Shown here piece after piece: positions 1 through 7,210 of a stretch of 64,000 bases of DNA. Made by a program: the position numbers and the translations under genes. Each line of letters starts with the position of its first letter. The first letter of the stretch is position 1. Below the pieces are notes generated by a model. That model made no database searches. It saw only the letters and a list, made by a program, of their open reading frames with translations, and was not told the origin of the DNA. The DNA comes from Oscillospiraceae bacterium (GTDB lineage Bacteria > Bacillota > Clostridia > Oscillospirales > Ruminococcaceae), in contig JAAVZY010000021.1 of assembly GCA_022791945.1 (NCBI GenBank), positions 3,295 to 67,294 on the forward strand, given 5' to 3'.

Positions 1-285
1 GACTCTGTCTCGCGTCTCTGCGATGCGCCGCTGGCGGCGCATCGGGGATCTAAATCCCCTTGGAACCCGTAATTTTAAGGGCGGAAAAATGGGGTTAAGT
101 CTGTACAGACTTCCTTGCTCCTGCCACGCAGAGAGTTTGATTCCCGCAGAACATTTTTTCGTAAAGAAAAAAGCTCCTCCCTGCGTGCGGGGTAGTTCCC
201 GCGACGCAGAAATCATGAGCGCAGCAGAACACGCTCGAGACTTTCTGCGTCGTACGGTCTGCGCCGCCTATGGGGATGAATGCCT
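1..285. repeat. Mosaic multi-hairpin repeat, partial copy (cut by window edge, truncated at right)
   Basis: Shares modules gatgcgccgc-tg-gcggcgcatc, ggggatctaaatcccc, aagtctgtacagactt, ttttttcgtaaagaaaaaa and gcagcagaacacgctcga in the same order as the copy at 5065-5695. Confidence 0.85.
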
Positions 286-311
286 TTTTTCATATTTCAT
301 CCGCTCTTTTG

Positions 312-1208
312 TCAGAGATCGTGCGGCTCTCTGGTTTCCTGGAACAGCAGGGAAGCGGCCGGCAGCAGATCTCCTCCAAAGACGGAGGAGATCTGAAAGG
401 AAATCTCTCTGGCGTTGAGGGCCTGGCGGAGCGCGCCGGTGATCAAAGGAAAATCTTCCCAGGCGTGCCCGCCCAAAATCAGCCCGTCCGCCTGGAAACG
501 GAGGCACCAGGGCACCAGCAGTTCTGCCAGCCGCTGGCCAAATTCCTGGCAGAAGATACCTGCCTGAAGATCTCCCTTTCGGGACAGCCGAGCCAGCTCT
601 CCCAGCTCGGGGATGCCCGACAGGGCGGGGAGGGTGTTGGTCAGCCGCCGAATGCCGGAGGCGGAGGCGTACCGCTCCGCTATGGAGTTTCCCAGGGGCT
701 GGCGGTACAGCCATCCGTTCTCCGGCACAAGGGGGCTGTCCTTGACAAGCTGTCCCTCCGCGAAGAAGCCGGCTTCCATTCCTGCATCCAGATAGAGGGT
801 GACCGCCCGTCCCAGCTCCTGACCCTCGCCCCAGACGCATTCCCGCAGGCAGAACAGCTCTCCCAGGCTGGAGAACCGCAGCTCCCGTCCGCCGCCGATC
901 CGCCACTGCAGCTCCTCCCGGATGGATACCCCGTAGACGCCGCTTCCCGGCGTCAGGAGCCGGGAAAGCTCGCCGCCGGATTCAAAGGGGCTGGGGAGGA
1001 TGAAGCTGCTCCCCGCAGGCTCAATCCCCAGGAAACGGCACTGCCGCAGGCTGTCCGAAAGGATCGCGGTCAGACGTGCCAGCAGGCCTTCCGCACCCTG
1101 CCCGAACTCCGCCGGATACTCCTGACGGAGCAGGAAGGCCTCTCCCTGCACAGCGGCAGCGGTGACAGCGGCACTGCTCAGCAGCAGCACCAAATATGCC
1201 TGCTCCAA
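312..1208 (-). CDS. ROK/ASKHA-like sugar-kinase family protein (tentative)
   Basis: 298-aa ORF with even codon usage. LYLDAGMEAGF and LILGGH segments resemble ROK phosphate-2/adenosine motifs. The N-terminal DxGGT motif is not evident, so the call is weak. Confidence 0.4.
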   Translation of the reverse strand: MEQAYLVLLLSSAAVTAAAVQGEAFLLRQEYPAEFGQGAEGLLARLTAILSDSLRQCRFLGIEPAGSSFILPSPFESGGELSRLLTPGSGVYGVSIREELQWRIGGGRELRFSSLGELFCLRECVWGEGQELGRAVTLYLDAGMEAGFFAEGQLVKDSPLVPENGWLYRQPLGNSIAERYASASGIRRLTNTLPALSGIPELGELARLSRKGDLQAGIFCQEFGQRLAELLVPWCLRFQADGLILGGHAWEDFPLITGALRQALNAREISFQISSVFGGDLLPAASLLFQETREPHDL

Positions 1209-1250
1209 GGCACAGTTCTCCTCCTTTGCAGCTGGAGTTTCTGCGTGATC

Positions 1251-1729
1251 GAAGGGCTAAGGCCGCGAGAGCTCTGCTCTCGCGCTCTCGCCAAGGGGAC
1301 GCGTCCCCTTGGATTCCCATCTTTTTAGGGGTTATGGGGGAGCAGAATTTCGGTCCATGCCTCGCTGATACTCCCCGCAGAGACGATCGCCCGCCTACCC
1401 ATTTTTTCGTAAAGAAAAAATTCATCCCCACGAGCGGGGCAAGACCTGCGACGCAGAAAGTTTCGAGCGTGCTCTGCTGCACTCGGAATCCCTTGCGCAA
1501 ACTCTGTGTGGCACAGGGAGTGCCCCGCACGCAGGAGGGAGCTTTTTTCTTTACGAAAAAAGCGTACTGCGGGAATCAGACTGTCTGCGTGGCAGGAATC
1601 GGGAAGTCTGTACAGACTTGACCCCACCCCTTTTCCACCCCTAAAAAAGCCCTTAAAAAAGATGGGAATCCAAGGGGGGCTAGGCCCCCTTGGCAGAGCG
1701 CGAGACAGCGTCTCGCGACCTTGCCCTTC
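1251..1729. repeat. Mosaic multi-hairpin repeat, full copy (479 bp) with ~75-bp terminal inverted repeats
   Basis: The left end gaagggctaaggccgcgaga..tctcgcg..ccaagggga-cgcg-tccccttggattcccatcttttt is the reverse complement of the right end aaaaagatgggaatccaaggggg..cccccttgg..cgcgagacagcgtctcgcgaccttgcccttc. Confidence 0.9.
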
Positions 1730-1748
1730 CGAACGCGCAGAGCGGGCG

Positions 1749-2513
1749 TTAGATTCCTGGAATGACGTTGCCGCCGCAGACGGGGATGTAGCTTCCGGTG
1801 ATGTAGCTGGCCAGATCGGATGCCAGGAAGGCGACTACGTTGGCGATCTCCTGATCGGTGCCCCGGCGCTTCAGGGGGATCCGCTCGTCGGTGGGCTGCT
1901 TTTCGCTGTGGTTCATCCGGTCCCGATCGCTGATGGTCCAGCCGGGGGCTACCTGGTTGACCGTGACCTGATGCTCTCCGACCTCCTTGGCGAGCACCCG
2001 GAGCACACCGTCCATTCCCCGCTTGCCGGAGACGTAGGCCGACTGGCCGGGGAAGCACTGAATGGAGCATTCCGTATTGATTCCGATGAAGCGGCCCCAG
2101 CCCTTTTCCACCATGGCGGGCACGAAGGCCTTGGCCATATGTACATTCTGGAGCACGCAGCTGCGGAACTGGCTTTCGTAGTCCTCCACAGGCTGTTCCA
2201 GAACAGAGGCCCACTGGTACTGGATGACGGCATTATCCACCACAATATCCGGCGCGCCGCCCATGTTCTGGACGATGGCGTCCCGCATGGCGAGCACCTG
2301 GGACAGGTCGCAGACATCCGCCTGAACGCAGAAGGCCCGGCGTCCCATCTGCCGAATCTCCTGGGCCAGCTCCTCCGCCTTGGCGGAGCTTGTGTTGTAG
2401 TGAAGAGCTATGTCGGCGCCGCATCCCGCCAGGGTGCGGGCCATGACCCGTCCGAGCTGTCCAGCGGACCCGGTGATGACAGCCAGTTTTCCGGTAAGAT
2501 CTAAAGTCAGCAC
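1749..2513 (-). CDS. Short-chain dehydrogenase/reductase (SDR) family oxidoreductase
   Basis: N-terminal TGSAGQLG Rossmann motif (TGxxxxxG), a YxxxK-type region (SAYVSGKRG) and a 254-aa length typical of classical SDRs. Confidence 0.85.
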   Translation of the reverse strand: MLTLDLTGKLAVITGSAGQLGRVMARTLAGCGADIALHYNTSSAKAEELAQEIRQMGRRAFCVQADVCDLSQVLAMRDAIVQNMGGAPDIVVDNAVIQYQWASVLEQPVEDYESQFRSCVLQNVHMAKAFVPAMVEKGWGRFIGINTECSIQCFPGQSAYVSGKRGMDGVLRVLAKEVGEHQVTVNQVAPGWTISDRDRMNHSEKQPTDERIPLKRRGTDQEIANVVAFLASDLASYITGSYIPVCGGNVIPGI

Positions 2514-2820
2514 AGTTTATACCATCCTTTTGATTCGCAGAATTGTTTGAGTACGGATTTGAGAGTTCCATCATAGCACCATTCCGCCTGAAAGGCAATA
2601 CCCGGAGTCAGAACCTTGAAGGCTCTGACTCCGCTGCTTTTTTGAAAAAAGGCGGACGAACCGTCATAAGATCTATAGAGGCGGGAGAGATTCCCGGCGC
2701 TTTTCCGGCTGCGCAGAGCTGGCGCTGTGCCCGGAAGGCGAGGGCTTTCCTCGTGACCTCTTTTTATTCGTTTATTTGTCAAACTTTCTTCATATTTCTG
2801 CAAAAAAAGCGGGAATGCCA

Positions 2821-2849
2821 TTGCAAAAGCATATAAAAGCAGGTATAAT
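2821..2849 (+). promoter_or_regulatory. Sigma-A-like promoter upstream of the kinase gene
   Basis: TTGCAA (2821-2826), 17-nt spacer, TATAAT (2844-2849), in an AT-richer intergenic region ~130 nt upstream of the ATG at 2977. Confidence 0.55.
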
Positions 2850-2976
2850 CTTAAAAGACATATATAAATTCGGAAAGCTGTTTCCCTGAAATGATGATAT
2901 TTGTCACAATGGATCCCATTCTCGCCGGAGCCGGGAGCAGAGCGGCCCGGCTTTCTTCTCGGGGGGTGATCGCTCG

Positions 2977-5064
2977 ATGCCTGCCAACGCACTGGAAACG
3001 CTGGCGCTGCTGCTGGGAGAGGACTTTTCCGACCTCCGCCCCTTGGGCGAGGACGGCGGGCTCAGCCGCCTGTTCTCTGCCCATAAGCGCAGTCTTGATC
3101 TGGACGTTGTGATCAAGCGGATGCGGATGGATCCAAACCGTCCGGCGGACGTCCAGCGGGAAGCGCGCGTGATGACCAGCCTCCGCCACCAGTACCTCCC
3201 CAGGATCTTTGACTTCAAAACCGACGGGGATGGGTACTGCTACACCATCATGGAACGGATTCCCGGCTGCACCCTCCGGCAGTATCTGCGCCAGAAGGGC
3301 GCGCTTCCTCAGAAGCAGGCCCTGCTCTGGATGAAGCAGCTGGCCCAGGCGGCGGCTTATATGCACAGCCAGCAGCCGCCCATTATTCACAGCGACATCA
3401 AGCCTGAAAATATCATGATTACGCCTCAGGGCGATATCTGCCTGATTGACTTTAACGCCTCCCTGGAGCTTCGGGACGACGGCGCCGAAGCTGTGGGGGC
3501 CACCATGCGCTACGCCGCCCCAGAGCAGTACAATTTCCCCCTGGAGCGGTTCGGAGATCCGCAGGCTCTTTTCGGGGAGCGCCGGGCGCTTTACGATATG
3601 GCCCTCCAGGCCCAGCCCTACGGAAAGGTGACGGCACGCACCGATCTCTACGCCATCGGCGCCTGTGCCTATTTTATGCTCACCGGATATGATCCGGCCT
3701 GCTGGAATCAGGAGCGGATCCCTCTGGAGCGGTACGACATCCAGCTGGGGGATCCCCTGCGGCTGGTGATTGAACGGTGCATGGAGCTGGAGCCGTCCCG
3801 CCGGTTTTCCGACGCGAAGGAGCTTCTGCGGGCGTTGGGCGGGCTGGCCCGGATGGACGGGCGCTACCGGGCCTGGCGGATCCGCTGTCAGGCCGCGGCC
3901 CTGGCGGTGGGCTCGGCTTTCATTCTGTCAGTCTTTGTAGCCCTGTGGGGCTGGCTCCTGCTCCGGCAGGAGGGCGGCGAGGCATACAACAGCCTCATCC
4001 TTCAGGCCCAGGAAGCGGAGCCGGATTACCTCCAGGCCCAGGAGCTGCTGATGGAGGCCATCGCCTTGGATCGGGAGCGGCCCGAGGCCTATGCCAATCT
4101 GGGGGCGCTTCTCTACCGGATGGGGGATTACCGTCAGGCGGTGGAGCTGCTTGCCCAGGTCAGGCCGGATCAGACCGGCTCCCTGGCCCAGGGGGAGGCG
4201 GCCCAGGTACAGGGGCAGATTCAGTATGTGCTGGGCTCCTGCTATTATCAGCTGGAGGAGTACGACGAGGCGCTGATGTGCTATCAGCTGGCGGTCTCCT
4301 TCTGTCCGGAGGATCCGGCCTGCCGGCGGGAGCTGGCGGTCTGCGCCGCCCGGACCGGGAACGACGCTTTGGCGGATCAGGCATTGTCCGCCCTGGCGGG
4401 CATGAACCGGCCGGAGGAGGATGCAGGGGACATCGAGCTGGTGATGGGGGAAATCGCCTCCGCCCGCGGGGAGTATGAGGAAGCGCTCACGTTCCTGTCT
4501 ACAGTGGTGCGGGCGTCGGACAATCACAGCTTTATCGGGCGGGCGGCCCTTCAGGCCGCCCAGTGCTGCCGCCAGCTGGGAAGCGGCTGGCTGGAGCAGG
4601 AGATAGAGGTGCTGGAGACAGCGGTCCAGCGGCTGGAGATTTCAGAAAACGGGCTTCAGTCCCAGCTTTTGGCGGAGGCGCTGATCCGCCGGGCGTCTGC
4701 CCAGCCGGAGCGGCGGGCGGAGTCTTACGAGCAGGCGCTTGGCCTTTTGCAGGATCTGATGAACCGGGGCCAGCCCACCCTGACCGTGCGGCAGAATACC
4801 GCCCTGGTGCTGGAGTACCTGGACCGGTTCGATGAGGCCGAGGAGCTCCTTCTCCGGCTTCGGGAGGATTTTCCCATGGATTACCGGCCCTCCATGCGGC
4901 TGGCGCTGCTCTGCTTTGACCGGGAGGGTGAGAAGCCTGCGGGCCAGCGGGACTACAGCCTTGCCCTGGAGTACAGCCGGGAGGCTGAGGAGCTCTGTCC
5001 TCCGGGCGTGGCCGACGGCGATATACTCCGCCTTCGTGAGCTCTCCGGCCAGTTCGGCCCATAA
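2977..5064 (+). CDS. Membrane Ser/Thr protein kinase with C-terminal TPR domain
   Basis: Hanks motifs VVIKRM (VAIK Lys), HSDIKPEN (catalytic loop), DFN (DFG variant) and YAAPEQ (APE). One TM segment (AAALAVGSAFILSVFVALWGWLLL) follows, then ~350 aa of TPR-like helical repeats. Confidence 0.9.
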   Translation: MPANALETLALLLGEDFSDLRPLGEDGGLSRLFSAHKRSLDLDVVIKRMRMDPNRPADVQREARVMTSLRHQYLPRIFDFKTDGDGYCYTIMERIPGCTLRQYLRQKGALPQKQALLWMKQLAQAAAYMHSQQPPIIHSDIKPENIMITPQGDICLIDFNASLELRDDGAEAVGATMRYAAPEQYNFPLERFGDPQALFGERRALYDMALQAQPYGKVTARTDLYAIGACAYFMLTGYDPACWNQERIPLERYDIQLGDPLRLVIERCMELEPSRRFSDAKELLRALGGLARMDGRYRAWRIRCQAAALAVGSAFILSVFVALWGWLLLRQEGGEAYNSLILQAQEAEPDYLQAQELLMEAIALDRERPEAYANLGALLYRMGDYRQAVELLAQVRPDQTGSLAQGEAAQVQGQIQYVLGSCYYQLEEYDEALMCYQLAVSFCPEDPACRRELAVCAARTGNDALADQALSALAGMNRPEEDAGDIELVMGEIASARGEYEEALTFLSTVVRASDNHSFIGRAALQAAQCCRQLGSGWLEQEIEVLETAVQRLEISENGLQSQLLAEALIRRASAQPERRAESYEQALGLLQDLMNRGQPTLTVRQNTALVLEYLDRFDEAEELLLRLREDFPMDYRPSMRLALLCFDREGEKPAGQRDYSLALEYSREAEELCPPGVADGDILRLRELSGQFGP

Positions 5065-5695
5065 GAGCCTGTCGAAGGGCAAGGCCGCGAGACTCTGTCT
5101 CGCGCTCTGCGATGCGCCGCTGGCGGCGCATCGGGGATCTAAATCCCCTTGGACCCCGTAATTTTTAAGGGCTTTTGAAGGGCGGAAGGGGTTGGGGGTC
5201 AAGTCTGTAGAGACTTCCGGCTTTCTGCCACGCAGAGAGTCTGATTCCCGCAGTACGCTTTTTTCGTAAAGAAAAAAGCTCCCTCCTGCGTGCGAGGTAC
5301 TTCCTGCACCGCACAAACCCCTTGCCCCCCTTGTTAATGGGGGGAGGGCCAGAAGCGAAGCGGATGGCAGGGGGATTCCGTGCGTGGCACAGCGTCGCTC
5401 CTTGCAGAAAGCATGAGCGCAGCAGAACACGCTCGAAACCTTCTGCGTCGTAGTCTCTGCGTCGCACGTGGGGATGAATTTTTTCTTTACGAAAAAATGG
5501 GTAGGCGGGCGATCGGCCACGCAGGGAGTACCAGTGAGGTAGGGGGCGGGCGCAAGCGCCCGTCCACACCCCCACCCCCAAAAGATGGGAATCCAAGGGG
5601 GGCCTGGCCCCCTTGGCGAGAGCTCGAGAGCAGAGCTCTCGAGGTCTTCCCCTGATACTCAGAGCCTGTTGGGGGATTCTGCGTGGCCGAAGGGG
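5065..5695. repeat. Mosaic multi-hairpin repeat, full copy
   Basis: agagcctgtc-gaagggcaaggccgcgagactctgtctcgcg at the left. ccaaggggggcctggcccccttgg, ctcgagagcagagctctcgag and aacaggctct-type modules at the right. The internal core is identical in order to the other copies. Confidence 0.9.
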
Positions 5696-5905
5696 CGGAG
5701 CGCTTTTGAGTTGCGTAATGTTTGAGTTGGAGGGTGAAGCTGATGAGCTTAGGCGCCATTCTGCTTTGGTGCGGGCTGGGAGGGGCGGCGCTTTCTCTTG
5801 TTGCGGGAGCGGTCTGCTGGCTTCTCCTGCGGCGGAAGGGGCGGGAGCTTCTTCATGCCATCGAACGGGAATATAAATAGAAGTGATTCATTCGGAAAGC
5901 GAGGA

Positions 5906-6454
5906 ATGATTGTGGCAAACTGGAAGGAAAGCATCAGCCGCATGGCCCAGAGCGCAGTGGCCAAAAGCAAGGAGGTGGCGGAGGTCACCCGTCTGAACAT
6001 GGAGCTCAGCGGCCATCAGCAGAAGCTTCGGGAGCAGCACAGCCGGCTGGGGGAATATCTCCTTGCCCATCCCGAGCTTCTGCCGGGCGAGGATGAAACC
6101 GTCTCTCAGATTCAGCAGGCAGCTGCCGAATGCCGGGAGAATATTGCACGGTGCAATCAGCAGATTATGGATATCCGCAGCCTTAACCTTTGTCCCCGCT
6201 GTGGAGCGGAGGTGAGCCGCGCCAGCCGCTTCTGCGATAAATGCGGCATGGAGCTGGAACGTCCCGCGCTCAATTCCCCCGCTGTCCCGGCGGAAGCTTC
6301 TGCCCAGGAGGAAGCCGTTCCTCCGGCGGAGGCAGAGGAAGCGCCGGAGCCGTCCGCCCCGGCCTTCTGCCCGCAGTGCGGAGCACAGGCGGAAGCCGGC
6401 ACTCTTTTTTGCGGGGAATGCGGCGCCAGGCTGGAAGAAGCTCAGCCTTCTTAA
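5906..6454 (+). CDS. Double zinc-ribbon protein with N-terminal coiled coil
   Basis: ATG at 5906 preceded by ggaaagcgagga. Two CxxC-x(10-12)-CxxC ribbons (CPRCG..CDKCG and CPQCG..CGECG). The upstream part of the listed ORF (5798-) lies in repeat/intergenic sequence. Confidence 0.7.
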   Translation: MIVANWKESISRMAQSAVAKSKEVAEVTRLNMELSGHQQKLREQHSRLGEYLLAHPELLPGEDETVSQIQQAAAECRENIARCNQQIMDIRSLNLCPRCGAEVSRASRFCDKCGMELERPALNSPAVPAEASAQEEAVPPAEAEEAPEPSAPAFCPQCGAQAEAGTLFCGECGARLEEAQPS

Positions 6455-6598
6455 AAAGGAGAGCACAGTTCCTGCGGACTTCCATGTAGATACTTTGAAG
6501 CTGTATGCACATAAGGCGCCAGGTGTTCGGGGACAGGGCAGACAGGCGTCTGCCCTTCCACAACGTGGAGATCCTATACGAACGATAGGGGGATCGGG

Positions 6599-7210
6599 AT
6601 GAAACGAATCATTGGGTGGATTTGGCTGGGGATGACGGTTCTGCTGGCCGTGTATTCAGCCGTATCCTGGTATCTTCTCCGGGGCGCGGGAGCCTATCGG
6701 CTGGGAACCCGGCTGGGCGGCTTTTTGGCAGTGAGCTGGCAGATAACCGCCCTGGCCGCGTTGGCGTTTCTGATACCCGGACTGCTCCGATTGGTATGGG
6801 TGATCCGCCGGAAGGGCGCGCCGGCCGCTCCCAAAAAGGAAAAAGCGGCCCGGAAACCCCGCTCCGGGAAGAAGGACCCTCCGCTTCCTCCCACGGAGAA
6901 GCTGTCACCTGCTTCTCCTCAGGACGAAACGGTCCTGCTGGACGAGGAAAAGCTCCCGCCTGCCCCTCCCCAGGACGAGACGGTCCTGCTGGGCGAGGAA
7001 AAGCTCCCGCCTGCCCCTCCCCAGGACAAAACAGTCCTGCTGGACGAAGAGAAGCTCCCGCCTGCTTCTCCCCAGGATGAAGCCATCCCGGCAGAAGAAG
7101 CGTCTGCCGCCGAAAAGCCTCCCGGCTGTCCCAGCTGCGGCGCCGAGGGGAAGGCCGGACAGAAATTCTGCACCAAATGCGGCAAGCCGATGGGAGGTGG
7201 AGAGAGATGA
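6599..7210 (+). CDS. Membrane protein with 17-aa tandem repeats and C-terminal zinc ribbon
   Basis: Two N-terminal hydrophobic helices, a basic linker, 3.5 copies of EKLPPAPPQDETVLLDE and a terminal CPSCG..CTKCG ribbon. Confidence 0.7.
   Translation: MKRIIGWIWLGMTVLLAVYSAVSWYLLRGAGAYRLGTRLGGFLAVSWQITALAALAFLIPGLLRLVWVIRRKGAPAAPKKEKAARKPRSGKKDPPLPPTEKLSPASPQDETVLLDEEKLPPAPPQDETVLLGEEKLPPAPPQDKTVLLDEEKLPPASPQDEAIPAEEASAAEKPPGCPSCGAEGKAGQKFCTKCGKPMGGGER
6896..7085 (+). repeat. Intragenic 51-bp tandem repeat (about 3.5 units)
   Basis: Units start at 6896, 6947, 6998 and 7049 (gaRaagctSYcRcctgcYYctccYcaggacRaRacRgtcctgctggRcgaR). Confidence 0.9.

Noticed and set aside
270-1328. 352-aa + strand ORF and 268-906 - strand ORF overlapping the ROK-like gene
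   Set aside because: These are alternative frames or the opposite strand of the same GC-rich region. They start inside the repeat element, are Gly/Pro/Arg-rich and lack motifs. The 312-1208 frame has the most protein-like composition, although its own annotation is only tentative.
1290-1330. GC-rich hairpins of the repeats (e.g. ccaaggggacgcgtccccttgg followed by attcccatcttttt) as canonical intrinsic terminators
   Set aside because: The T-run lies ~10 nt from the stem rather than abutting it. The ttttttc/gaaaaaa hairpins are A:T-only stems. Terminator activity is possible but cannot be called from sequence, so it is raised only as a question in the findings.
1196-1621. Recurrent small ORFs inside the repeat elements (peptides such as DRPPTHFFVKKKFIPT, GAFFFTKKAYCGNQT and MGIQGDASPW appear in many copies and on both strands)
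   Set aside because: They recur only because the DNA repeat recurs. Both strands and several frames are open. Starts and stops differ between copies, and there is no RBS. Copy-to-copy conservation follows hairpin stems, not codons.
5065-5695. AGAGCCTGT(T/C) on both sides of this copy as a 9-bp target-site duplication
   Set aside because: The same motif, or its complement aacaggctct, flanks other copies (20969, 23478, 28589, 43570, 58772) at unrelated loci. It is therefore a terminal module of the element, not duplicated target DNA.
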